Assembly (NCBI GenBank): GCA_963669175.1
Contig: OY769902.1
Coordinates: forward strand, 3,360,001 to 3,424,000
Length of the DNA: 64,000 bases
Source: a bacterium
GTDB taxonomy: Bacteria; Electryoneota; Electryoneia; Electryoneales; Electryoneaceae
Direction: 5' to 3'
The notes beneath the pieces were generated by a model, which was not told where the DNA came from, ran no database searches, and saw nothing but the letters and a program-made list of their open reading frames with translations. Each line of letters opens with the position of its first letter. The first letter of the stretch is position 1. Position numbers and translations under genes: made by a program. Positions 19,362-29,900 of this stretch are shown here, piece by piece.

Positions 19362-21581
19362 ATGACAAGAAGATCCAGGGTAAACCGTTTTGAGCAACGG
19401 AAGCGAACAACTGCCAGGAAACACAGGGAACAGCAGGAACTGGTCGCAAATCCGGAGATGGAGAACAACATCCTTTCCGTATTTGACACGTTACACGAGT
19501 CAGTTTTGCCCTTAACTGTCATTCAGGAAAGATTAAAACTGGATAAAGCGAAAAACCGTGAGTTTGGCGACGCGCTGAACTCGCTGATCGTTCGTGGGGT
19601 GATCAAGCGGGTTAAAGGAAAACGCTTTCGTAGAATTGACCGGACAAACCCGACTTTGTCGGGAAGGATTTCTGTTGTTGCGGACAGGGGTTTTGGATTT
19701 GTTGCGGTTGGAAAAGGCGATGATATCTTTGTGCCCCCCAACAAGTTGAATGGGGCACGTCATGGTGATCTGGTCGAAGTTGAATTCAGCAAAACAGGTC
19801 GTTATGGGCGGCGCTCCGCATCGGTCTACCGTATCATTGAGCGTAGCGATAAGCCTGTAATCGGCATTTACAGGGATCATTTCGGTCACGGAGGCATGGT
19901 CTACCCGGATGACCCAAGGCTTCCCGGGCCGATCAAGATTGCTGTATCACAGGCGATGGACGCGTCAGATCGTGACAGGGTTGAGATACAAATTATTTCA
20001 GATCGTCATGAGTTGCGTGGGAAAATCACCCGTGTGTTCGGCTCGCAGTATGATCCAAACTCACGTTTCAAATCCTTAATCGCGGAGAACAAGTTTCACG
20101 AGGTCTTTCCTGACGCTGTGCTGGAAGAAGTGGAGAAGCTATCAGAAGAACTCACCCACGCGGAGTTGGCCGATAGACTGGATTTGCGTGACAGGATTAT
20201 ATTTACCATTGATCCTGATGACGCAAAGGATTTCGACGATGCATTAAGCCTGAAGAAAATAAAGGGTGGATATGAGCTGGGGGTGCATATTGCGGATGTG
20301 AGCTGGTATGTGCGTCCAGGGAGCGAAGTGGACGAAGAGGCGCGTTCAAGGGGAACTTCCGTGTACACCTCCCATGGCACACTACCCATGCTGCCCGAAC
20401 GATTAAGCAGTGATTTATGCAGTTTAAGGGAAGGGGTGCCGCGACGCACTTTCAGTGTATTCCTCGAGATGGATAATTATGGTAAAGTAAAGGATTACAC
20501 CCTGACCAGGAGTGTTATCCTAAGTGCGAAACGGTTTACCTATGGTCAGGCTCAAGCTGTTATTGATAAGAACCAGGACAAGTTGGATGCTGGAAAACTG
20601 CCAGCATGGCGAAATGACAGGATGACTACTGTTTTGGTTCACCTGGCCGCCCTGACCAGAAATATGCGTGCCTTGCGCTTGAAACAGGGCGGACTCGAGC
20701 TGGATGTGCCCGAATACGAAGTTGAGCTTGACGAAAGAGGCAGTGTCACTGGAATACATAAACGTGTCGTTATTGAATCCAATCACCTTGTAGAAGAATG
20801 TATGCTGGCTGCGAATCGCGCTGTGACTGAATTTGCTGTCAGGAAACGTGGCTCGTCACCGAAGGTTTTTGTTTATCGTGTTCATGACAAGCCCGATCCG
20901 GATGCTATTGAAGAATTCGCCATGTTTGTCCAGGGGATGGGAATTGACTGGCCCTTCGGGTGGGCAATGGATAGTCTGCCTTCTGCTGAGCTGAACAAAT
21001 GGTTGCTGGAGCTACGTGATCATCCACTGGGCGGAATTGTGCGCAGGCATGCCCTGCGTGCGATGGCCAAGGCGCTGTATGATACGGAGAATATCGGTCA
21101 TTACGGGCTGGGGTTCGCCAATTACACCCATTTCACCAGTCCGATTCGAAGATACCCTGATCTTGTTGTTCATCGTATCCTGCTGGATTCTTTGAACAAT
21201 ACGGCTAAATACGGACGTGATCAGATCGAGTTTGTTAAGCGTGCTGCATTGTCATCGAGTGAACGTGAACGTGCCGCACAGGTGATGGAACGTGAATCGC
21301 TCAAGATACGGCAGGCTGAGTATTTCCGTGATCAGGTGGGGAAAGAGTTTGACGGTATGATTACCAGCGCGATTCCCAAGGGCGTATTTGTGGAAGTGGC
21401 AGATACGGGCACAGAGGGATTGATCAACGCTGATGATCTGGGCGATGTCTTTTTCGACAGGCGAATCACAGGTTTTGTTGATGCCTATACGCATAACGTC
21501 TGGAGTCCGGGGCTGAAGATTCGAGTCCGCGTGACGCATGCAGATGAGCAGACCGGCCATATTGATTTGGTTCTGGCCTGA
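19362..21581 (+). CDS. rnr: Ribonuclease R
   Basis: Cold-shock domain RGFGFV, FTIDPDDAKDFDDAL, VHIADV, HFTSPIRRYPDL, C-terminal S1 domain. Confidence 0.93.
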   Translation: MTRRSRVNRFEQRKRTTARKHREQQELVANPEMENNILSVFDTLHESVLPLTVIQERLKLDKAKNREFGDALNSLIVRGVIKRVKGKRFRRIDRTNPTLSGRISVVADRGFGFVAVGKGDDIFVPPNKLNGARHGDLVEVEFSKTGRYGRRSASVYRIIERSDKPVIGIYRDHFGHGGMVYPDDPRLPGPIKIAVSQAMDASDRDRVEIQIISDRHELRGKITRVFGSQYDPNSRFKSLIAENKFHEVFPDAVLEEVEKLSEELTHAELADRLDLRDRIIFTIDPDDAKDFDDALSLKKIKGGYELGVHIADVSWYVRPGSEVDEEARSRGTSVYTSHGTLPMLPERLSSDLCSLREGVPRRTFSVFLEMDNYGKVKDYTLTRSVILSAKRFTYGQAQAVIDKNQDKLDAGKLPAWRNDRMTTVLVHLAALTRNMRALRLKQGGLELDVPEYEVELDERGSVTGIHKRVVIESNHLVEECMLAANRAVTEFAVRKRGSSPKVFVYRVHDKPDPDAIEEFAMFVQGMGIDWPFGWAMDSLPSAELNKWLLELRDHPLGGIVRRHALRAMAKALYDTENIGHYGLGFANYTHFTSPIRRYPDLVVHRILLDSLNNTAKYGRDQIEFVKRAALSSSERERAAQVMERESLKIRQAEYFRDQVGKEFDGMITSAIPKGVFVEVADTGTEGLINADDLGDVFFDRRITGFVDAYTHNVWSPGLKIRVRVTHADEQTGHIDLVLA

Positions 21582-21717
21582 AACCGGCCATTGTAATCAG
21601 GGCGTTTGGAGCTGTCCGGGTTACGGTGTATATTTCATACCCCGCATGAATGATGGGATGCGTCCTGCCGCGATGTCTTCCGGCCTTTACGCTTTCCACA
21701 GGACACAGGAGAAGACC

Positions 21718-22443
21718 ATGTTTTCCCGATTCTGTTTTATCCTCCTGGCTGTGTTGCTGCCGACCGGTATTTTCCTCATGGCAACAGGCTGCTCCAGCGG
21801 GCTTGATCCTACGAAACTTGATGATCCGACTGAGACAACGACAACCGCAATCGAGTTTGGTAATTTTGCCCAGGGTTCGGAAGAGTTGACCATTACGGTT
21901 GATGGCAACCAGATCATTACCGGTCTTGCGCCTGGCGAATTCAGCGGTGACAAAGAGCTATATAACAGTCCGACAACCGTGACTATTTCAATTGAATCCA
22001 GTTCGTCCGCATATCAACCACTGGTTATTGATAAGCAGATTCAGGTTGAGGAGTTCAACTTTGTCGTCGTCTTTAAGGACACTCTGGCTGATCAAGGTTT
22101 CAATATTCGGTTGATGCCGGATGAACTCTCGGTACGTGACGACTACACAATCGTACGTTTTATCAATCTTATTCCTGGCACACCGACCTGGGAAGCGCTG
22201 ATTGATAACCACCTTACGATCACGCAGTTGTATTACAACAACCTGAGTGTGCCGATGGTTTTTGAATCCACTTCCACAGAAACGCACGATGTTTATCTCC
22301 TGGAAGACAATAATATTGGGGGACAGGATATTCTGTTGTATGTTGACGCTCAGGTATTTTCTGATAACGCCTATTACACAGGCTATATCTGGGGTGAATA
22401 CAGTAGTAGCGGTATCAATCTGACCATTGCTGCTAATCGATAA
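21718..22443 (+). CDS. DUF4397-like lipoprotein
   Basis: Lipobox ATGC; duplicated domain with VRFINLIP; AGGAG RBS before ATG 21718. Confidence 0.6.
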   Translation: MFSRFCFILLAVLLPTGIFLMATGCSSGLDPTKLDDPTETTTTAIEFGNFAQGSEELTITVDGNQIITGLAPGEFSGDKELYNSPTTVTISIESSSSAYQPLVIDKQIQVEEFNFVVVFKDTLADQGFNIRLMPDELSVRDDYTIVRFINLIPGTPTWEALIDNHLTITQLYYNNLSVPMVFESTSTETHDVYLLEDNNIGGQDILLYVDAQVFSDNAYYTGYIWGEYSSSGINLTIAANR

Positions 22444-22503
22444 AATACATCCAGACTTGCAGAGAGAATGGTTAAACAATGACAGTTAAAAAACTGTATC
22501 TTT

Positions 22504-23358
22504 ATGCCTGTCCAAACCGGTCAGGTATTTTTTGTTATACGGGGGTACAACTTGGAATTTGAGTTACTGACAGTCCTTATGTTGTTGGGCATTGGGGTTG
22601 TCACCGGAATCGCCGCCGGTTTCATTGGCATTGGCGGCGGTGTCATCATGGTGCCGGTTCTGCTCGAGCTGTTCCGTGCCTGGCAGATTCCGGAAGCATC
22701 GGTCGTGCAGGCGGCCATGGGTACATCTCTTACAGTTGGTGTTCTCTCCGGATTATCCTCAACCTATCGTCACCAGAAACAGGGAAACATCCTGTGGAAA
22801 GTGGCGGGATTGGTCGCTCCAACTGCTGTTATTGGTGGTTTTCTTGGGTCAAAGATAGCTGTATCTACACAAGGAACATCGTTACAATACGGTTTGGCAA
22901 TCGTATTGTTCTTTGCCGCCCTGGATATGATTTTCCGCAAGAAGGTTGATCAGACCGAAATGCGCAATATTATATGGTCCCTTTGGCTGGTGATGGGGTT
23001 ATTGGTTGGTTTGTTCGCCGCTTTATCCGGATTGGGCGGTGGTATCCTGTTTATACCGTTGATGGTTTTCATTGCACGTGTGCCGACCAAAAAGCTGGCA
23101 GGAACATCTTCGGTGGTCGTCATCTTTGCCGCTTTGGCGTCTGCGACTCGCTATATGTTGCTGGATCCTGTTGCCGAGTTACCTTCAGGGTTTGTCGGTC
23201 ATTCCAATTTGATTGTTGCCTTGTGTTTGGGGATCATGGCAGTGCCTGGTGCACAACTTGGCGCGTATCTGAATAAGAAGGCTGGCTCAGTCGTTTATCG
23301 CAGAATTTTCGCGATACTGCTTATCTTCATGGTGGTAAGACTGCTGTTTACGGCCTAG
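22504..23358 (+). CDS. Sulfite exporter TauE/SafE family protein
   Basis: GFIGIGGGVIMVP and SGLGGGILFIP internal repeat; AMGTSL; about 8 TM helices. Confidence 0.88.
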   Translation: MPVQTGQVFFVIRGYNLEFELLTVLMLLGIGVVTGIAAGFIGIGGGVIMVPVLLELFRAWQIPEASVVQAAMGTSLTVGVLSGLSSTYRHQKQGNILWKVAGLVAPTAVIGGFLGSKIAVSTQGTSLQYGLAIVLFFAALDMIFRKKVDQTEMRNIIWSLWLVMGLLVGLFAALSGLGGGILFIPLMVFIARVPTKKLAGTSSVVVIFAALASATRYMLLDPVAELPSGFVGHSNLIVALCLGIMAVPGAQLGAYLNKKAGSVVYRRIFAILLIFMVVRLLFTA

Positions 23359-23427
23359 AGCCGCCACTCCCGCTCCGATTTAGACTTGGCTACGAGAGCT
23401 GTGGAGAGTATTTTATATGGAAGATAG

Positions 23428-23464
23428 AAGGCGGGGGAGGAATTGCCGCTCCCGCCTTTTTTTT
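23428..23464 (+). terminator. Intrinsic terminator-like hairpin between tauE and the S8 peptidase gene
   Basis: aaggcggg...cccgcctt stem followed by T8. Confidence 0.65.
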
Positions 23465-23488
23465 GTTTGTTGACGAGAAACGGTTGGA

Positions 23489-26191
23489 GTGATGATGTCA
23501 CGGATGCTAGTTGTGAGTGTGCTGGTTCTCTGCATGGTTTTACCTGCCATTTCAGGAACGCCCGGTGTTGATTATGTGGATGGAGTGTTGGTTGTTCGTT
23601 TTGCTGAAGACCTGCAACCTGTTGTTGGAGACGATGGGATTGTAAAGGTCGGTGACGCTGAGATGGATCGGGTCTTACGGCGCTTCAATGCCACAAGTTT
23701 CGAACCGTTCTTCGGTACTTACAAGCTTCAAGATGAAGACTATCGTTATCTTACTCGCAATGACTGGAAAGTGAATTTCCCGGCAGGGAGCGAGATGGAA
23801 TTGATTGCTGAAGAAGCGAATCAATGTAAAGCCGTTCTTGATGCTATCCCGGATATCCTTTACACGTTTGACTACGAACCGAACGATCCCAGTTTTACCG
23901 CCCAGTGGTGGTTGCGTGCTATTGACGCGCCGGAGGCTTGGGAAATCACCCAGAGTGATACGTCTATCCTGGTGGCTGCGCTGGATACCGGTATTGACTG
24001 GAACCACCCGGATCTGATCGACAATATCTGGGTTAATCCCGGTGAAGATATTGACGACAATCATTACCCGGTTGATACAACCCTTGGATTCATGGATGTT
24101 CCCGGAACTTTTGGCGATTGGGACCAATTGGACAATGATAATAATGGCTTCATCAATGACTATATCGGTTGGGATTTTGTGACAAGCGCTTCTGTTGTAC
24201 CGGGGGAAGATGGCAATACGCCGGACAACAATCCGATGGATTTTAACGGACATGGTACAGGTTGCTACGGTGCGATGGCCGCACGTACCAACAACAGTGT
24301 TGGCGGCGCCAGTATCGCTTTTAAGAGTCGTATGATCAGCCTTCGTTGCGGCTATACCTCAACTGACGGAACTGGCAGAACATCCCTTACTGCCGCTGCA
24401 GGCGCGTTGGCCTATGCAGTCGACAAGGGCGCGCAGATCGTCAACATGTCGTTTGGCGGCGATTCAGAAACACAGTTTATGAACAACGCCATCCAGAACG
24501 CCTGGAACAACAATCTGCTGCTGTTTGGAGCTGCCGGTAACGACGCAGTCAGTGACAGGCACTATCCGGCTGATTACGATAACGTGATCTCAGTCGCTGC
24601 ATTGAACTCCGATGGAAGCCGTGCCAGTTTCTCCAACTGGGGCAACTGGGTTGATATCGCTGCGCCTGGTGTAAGCTGCTTCACGCCCTGGTTTGACGAC
24701 AGTTATGACAGTTGGCAGGGAACATCCGTAGCCTGCCCGATCGCAGCAGGGGTTGGCGCTCTTGTGATCAGTATGTTCCCGGAAGAGGACAACAGCCTTT
24801 GGAGCCAGTATATCATTGAAACGACTGATCCGTTGAGTACAGATCATCCGGTCGGATCCGGCAGAGTGAATGCTTACCAGGCAATTACCCAGTTTTACTG
24901 GCCGGAACTGACTATCGAATCCTGGAACATCAGCGATCCGGACGGAAATGGTCACCCGGATATCGATGAAGAAATCGAAGTGACCTTCGAAGTTTCCAAT
25001 GAGCCCGGTTGGCAGGATGCGCTTGCTGTGACGGCTTCCCTGGAATTCAGCCGTGAGGGCGTTGATTTTGGAACTCAGTCTATTACCCTTGGCAACATCA
25101 CCGCAGGTTCTTCCGCAAACAATTATGACAATCCATTGACATTCACCGTCCCGGAAGGGTCGCTGGATGGCGAGTTTAATGTTCTTTCACTAATAATTTC
25201 CTGTGATCCGAATGAGTACCAGGTTGGTGAAAGTGCTAAACTGATGTTGGGAACCCCCGAGATTATTTTCGTTGATGATGACGGTGGCGAATCTTACGAT
25301 CAGTACATCACAGAGAATCTGGACGCTGAGTTCTACAACTACTTCCACTGGGACAATGCTGTTCTGGCGTCAGGCCCCAGTGGTGACTACCTGTCACAAT
25401 ATGATGGTATCATCTGGATGACAGGCGATGTTGAAAATCCACTTTCAAACGATGAGATCAGCGCGCTTCAGACTGCCATGGATAATGGGGCAGACCTGTT
25501 CCTGTTCGGTCAGACACTTGACGATCAGCTTTCAGGAACGTCATTCTACAGCGATTACCTGTTTGCACAAAGTGGCTCAGGTTCAACTCAAAACGCACTT
25601 GATGCAGTAGCTGATGCAGGCGGTCCGGTTATTGATGGAAGCAGCCTGCTGATCGTTGGGCCGGGTGGCGCCAACAACTCGACCAACCCGGATGTAATCG
25701 ATCCGATTTCACCCGCTGTAAGCGCATATACGTATTTCGGTGGCAGCAATACCGGCGCTGTTTATTATGAAAACGATACCCGCAAGCATATGTATTGCGC
25801 CTTTGCTTTCGAGGCCGTCAGCGGTGCAAGCTCGACCACCTCAAGAGCCGATGTGCTTCATGCGGTTGTAACAGACTGGTGGGGTCTTGATGATGTTGAG
25901 GACACTGAACACGGAACAGTGATTCCCAGCGATTTCGCGATTTCTTCAGTTTTCCCGAATCCGTTTAACCCGACGACAACATTGCAGGTAGATGTGCCGC
26001 TTACCAGCGAGATTCGTCTTGCAGTATTCGACATCCTGGGGCGTGAAGTTGCAACGCTTCACCAGGGACGGTTGTCTGCCGGAACACACGCATTTACCTG
26101 GTCAGCGTATGAAATGGCATCTGGTGTTTACTTTGCCGTCATGGAAGCGAATGGTGTGCGCAATGTGAGCCGCCTGGTTCTTACCAAGTAG
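23489..26191 (+). CDS. Secreted S8 (subtilisin-like) serine peptidase with C-terminal sorting domain
   Basis: Catalytic motifs ALDTG, GHGT, GTSVACP; AAGND oxyanion motif; FPNPFNP...ASGVYF C-terminus. Confidence 0.92.
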   Translation: MMMSRMLVVSVLVLCMVLPAISGTPGVDYVDGVLVVRFAEDLQPVVGDDGIVKVGDAEMDRVLRRFNATSFEPFFGTYKLQDEDYRYLTRNDWKVNFPAGSEMELIAEEANQCKAVLDAIPDILYTFDYEPNDPSFTAQWWLRAIDAPEAWEITQSDTSILVAALDTGIDWNHPDLIDNIWVNPGEDIDDNHYPVDTTLGFMDVPGTFGDWDQLDNDNNGFINDYIGWDFVTSASVVPGEDGNTPDNNPMDFNGHGTGCYGAMAARTNNSVGGASIAFKSRMISLRCGYTSTDGTGRTSLTAAAGALAYAVDKGAQIVNMSFGGDSETQFMNNAIQNAWNNNLLLFGAAGNDAVSDRHYPADYDNVISVAALNSDGSRASFSNWGNWVDIAAPGVSCFTPWFDDSYDSWQGTSVACPIAAGVGALVISMFPEEDNSLWSQYIIETTDPLSTDHPVGSGRVNAYQAITQFYWPELTIESWNISDPDGNGHPDIDEEIEVTFEVSNEPGWQDALAVTASLEFSREGVDFGTQSITLGNITAGSSANNYDNPLTFTVPEGSLDGEFNVLSLIISCDPNEYQVGESAKLMLGTPEIIFVDDDGGESYDQYITENLDAEFYNYFHWDNAVLASGPSGDYLSQYDGIIWMTGDVENPLSNDEISALQTAMDNGADLFLFGQTLDDQLSGTSFYSDYLFAQSGSGSTQNALDAVADAGGPVIDGSSLLIVGPGGANNSTNPDVIDPISPAVSAYTYFGGSNTGAVYYENDTRKHMYCAFAFEAVSGASSTTSRADVLHAVVTDWWGLDDVEDTEHGTVIPSDFAISSVFPNPFNPTTTLQVDVPLTSEIRLAVFDILGREVATLHQGRLSAGTHAFTWSAYEMASGVYFAVMEANGVRNVSRLVLTK

Positions 26192-26216
26192 GGACACAGC
26201 TTCTTTCAGATCGTAT

Positions 26217-26249
26217 AAGCCGGAGGATGCACTGCATTCTCCGGCTTTT
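26217..26249 (+). terminator. Intrinsic terminator after the S8 peptidase gene
   Basis: aagccggag-gatgc...gcatt-ctccggctttt. Confidence 0.7.
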
Positions 26250-26395
26250 GTCTCTGATGGCTCCACTGGAACACATGGGGATGGAACTCGCCTGATTGGA
26301 CTCAGGTTTAATATACAGGGAAGGCAACACGCTGACCCTGATCCTATATCCTTGCCGCTTTTGCTTTCCTCCCTGGGCGAAAGCGGTCTCCCGAT

Positions 26396-26428
26396 GCGGG
26401 CGAGTATCCACCTACTCGCCCGCTTTTT
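26396..26428 (+). terminator. Second intrinsic terminator in the same intergenic region
   Basis: gcgggcgagta/tactcgcccgc 11-bp stem plus T5. Confidence 0.7.
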
Positions 26429-26510
26429 CGACTCTCCGAAAACCTTACCTTACTGTGGTAAGGAGACAATTCAAAAATCCGACTTCAAGGCAGGAAAAGG
26501 AGCGTAGACC

Positions 26511-26819
26511 ATGGCTATTCTGGCTATCAGTGTTGCGCCAGCAGGTGTGGGCGCCAGTGTCAGCAAATATGTTGCAAAGGCGATACAACTGGCGCAGGAA
26601 GACAAACGAGTTACCGTAGAACCCGGCCCGATGTTTACTTCGATCGAAGGCGATATTGAAGCGTGTTTTGATATTGCTCGCAGGATGCATGAGTGCCTGT
26701 TTGAAGATGATGATGTGAAACGTGTTTCGACTGTGATCAAAATTGATGACCGACGTGATAAAGAGATTACCATGTCAGGCAAGATGCAGGCGGTCAGACG
26801 GCAACTGGGACGGGAATGA
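26511..26819 (+). CDS. MTH1187/YkoF family thiamine-binding protein
   Basis: ISVAP.G...SVSKYVA, GPMFTSIEG, RVSTVIKIDDRRDK. Confidence 0.88.
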   Translation: MAILAISVAPAGVGASVSKYVAKAIQLAQEDKRVTVEPGPMFTSIEGDIEACFDIARRMHECLFEDDDVKRVSTVIKIDDRRDKEITMSGKMQAVRRQLGRE

Positions 26820-26919
26820 CAAGTGCTATACGGATGCGAGTAAAGCAACATTCAATTTCTTACATTGAAGCAACATGAATTCCGTCTGACAGCTTCACAC
26901 AATCCTTGGAGTTTCAGAG

Positions 26920-29900
26920 ATGGCTTCCAGAGCAACACGATTCCGGCATGCGATTCAAAAATTGAACGATAGTATGAAAAAAGGGAAGATCTCGGCATCC
27001 CTTGCAGGTGAAATACTGGATGAAGCTGAGGCTGCGGTAAAAACCAGCCAGGCAAAGAATATCGCAAGAAAGCACTGGCTGAGTTTTCTAAATCAAACCG
27101 GTCAATCAGTATTTTTAAAAGCGTTGCCGGATGCTGATGAAAGATTACGTTGGGCTGACACTGTAAATGCTGCCGTTGAAATTGCCGATTACCAACTGAT
27201 CGACATGCTGGAAGAACGATCCAATCGTATCCCGAATCAACCCTACTTCCAGACATTCGAAGGCGATACACCCGTTCACTGGACCTATGCAACCATTCAT
27301 CAGCGCGTACAGGATATTGCAGGCATACTCTTTTCGTTAGCTGACGAGAAAGACACCCAACCACGTGTTGCAGTTTTTTCTGCCAATTCCCTGAACTCCG
27401 CGTGTGCGGACCTGGCGTGTCTCTGTCACGGGATCTTCACTACGCCCCTGTCAACCAATATGGAAAAAGAGGTTATCAGCTATGTTATAAAGCGCTTGCA
27501 TATCAACATCATTGCTGTTGATACGGTTGATCGTGTGCGTGAGCTGGATTCTATCAAGCGGAGAGAGAAGCTGGAATTTTCCATCCTGTTGTTGCAGGAC
27601 GAGGTATCATCGGACGTGGAAGCGGTATCCCTTGAGCAACGCATGGCTCATCTGACCTCACGTGAGAGTAAAACGCTGGTCAGTAACAGACCAAGATTCG
27701 GTATCCACGATACATGTACCGTTATGTTCACCTCAGGCAGCACGGGACTACCCAAAGGCGTAGCGTTTTCACAATTCAACCTCGTTACAAAACGATTCTG
27801 CCGTGCAGCAGCCTTGCCAACCGTAGGGAAGAATGAAAAACTGCTGTGCTACCTGCCACTATTTCATACGTTTGGCCGTTTCCTGGAAATGCTGGGAATG
27901 CTGTACTGGTCCGGAACCTATGTCTTCGTTGGGAACACTTCCGCTGATACTTACTTGAAAAGACTGACGGAAGTGAAACCCACCGGCCTTATCGGGATTC
28001 CATTGCGCTGGACTCAGATCCGCGACAAATGCATGGAGCTGGCGGGTGAAACCGCTGCGCCAGAAGATGTGGGGAAGGCATTTCGTACGCTTGTTGGCCC
28101 CAATCTCCGTTGGGGACTTTCCGCAGCAGGATATTTGTCCCCCAAGGTTTTTCATTTCTTCCAGCAGAATGGCGTGGAACTTTGCAGCGGATTTGGCATG
28201 ACCGAAGCGACAGGTGGGATTACCATGACGCTGCCCGGTGAGTATGTCAACAACTCTGTAGGAGTGCCGCTACCGGGGATAAATGCCCGGTTGAGTGACA
28301 AGGGTGAATTGCAGTTGTCCGGCTCTTATATCGCTCGCTATCTACCGGAAGAGGACAAGGATCAAAAGGGAACGCTTCCGGTAATTGATCCTGATGATGG
28401 CTTCTGGCTTAAAACCGGCGATTTGTTCAAACGCTGGGAAAACGGCCATTACGAAATCGTAGATCGAATCAAGGATATTTACAAGAATAATCGCGGACAA
28501 ACAGTATCACCACAAAAAGTAGAAAAGAAGTTTAAAGGTGTTCCCGGGATTAAACGTACCTATCTGGTTGGCGATGGGAAAGCATATAATGTGTTGCTGA
28601 TCGTGCCTGAAGTTCCTGATCCCAGTGAAGTGGATGAACTTCCTTCCGGCGAAGCTGCGAATGATTATTATCGCCAGATTATTGCGACTGCCAATAAAAC
28701 GCTTCCCCCTTATGAGCGTGTGATCAATTTTTCTGTCCTGGAACGTGATTTCGAGGAAGAGAAAGGTGAATTGACACCAAAAGGAACGTACAGACGGAAG
28801 AAAATTGTTGAGAATTTCAATTCCATTATCAAGGAATTATATCGCAAGAATTATATCGAATTGGAAGTTGGCAGACTGACTCTTCGCATTCCGCGTTGGT
28901 TCTATCGTGACCTTGGCCTGCTTGAAACGGATATAGTTGCGACAGACGAAGGCCTGAAGGATGTGAGCCGGAACATCGCACTGAATATGCATGCAATCCC
29001 TGAGGATAAGCGCGTTAGAATTGGCGATATGGAGTACTGGATTGATGTGGAAACGACTCCTTTTATCGATTTGGGGTCACTTTCGCTGCAACCGCGCTGC
29101 TGGGTTGGCAATGTGCAAATGATTGCCTTTTGTCCCTGTAAAGAGGGATGGGATGCGAAAATCTGCGCAAGTTCAGATCAACTTTTCATGGATCGTGATT
29201 ACCCTGAACGTCTGCCGATGCCAATTGTTGAACAACCCGGCGATCTTACTGATCAGCGCCTGTACCAGGTAAACCGGTTGGTAATACATGCGCTTTTCGG
29301 CGGCACTGACACTGCGATGGCGGCGGTTGAACGTCTGGGTACATTACTGACTCGAACAGACGACCGTCTGGCCCAGGTGATCAGGCGAAGACTGGAAGCG
29401 CTGGCGCGACATCCCAATGAAGAGGTTCGCTGCCTGGCTTATCGTGTTCTGCTGCTGGATGATCCCATGCCGGATTACGGCAGCAGTATGCCCACATTCC
29501 TGTTCTCCGGCTTGACCTTTCTCAACACAAACTCAATCCAGGCTATTGCCCAGACCAACCTGAAACAAAGACGACTGGGTGCGTTGCGGCAAAGGCTTGA
29601 ACATTACCGTGTCAGTCTTGAATGGCCAGCCGACACTGCGATCAGAGTTCAGTTTGAACGCCTGTTTGACCTGTTGGCCGAGTTTGTACGTTTCCATCCT
29701 GAATATTATTCGCCGGTTCGTGCTGAGCTGGTGTCATGGATTCTGCATGATAAAGATCCGGAACTCTCGCGGTCCGCGCGAAAACGCTTTGTCGAAACAG
29801 CGCAATGGTATGAAGAATGGCTGGCGGCGGACAAGGAGAATCTGAATCCGTCCTTATGGCGTGGGAAGATTACCTTTGACGAAGGAATTACGGATTCCGA

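Noticed and set aside
26250-26510. TPP riboswitch upstream of the thiamine-binding protein gene
   Set aside because: Conserved TPP core motifs (GCTGAGA, CCTGA...GATAATGC...GCGTAGGGA) not found
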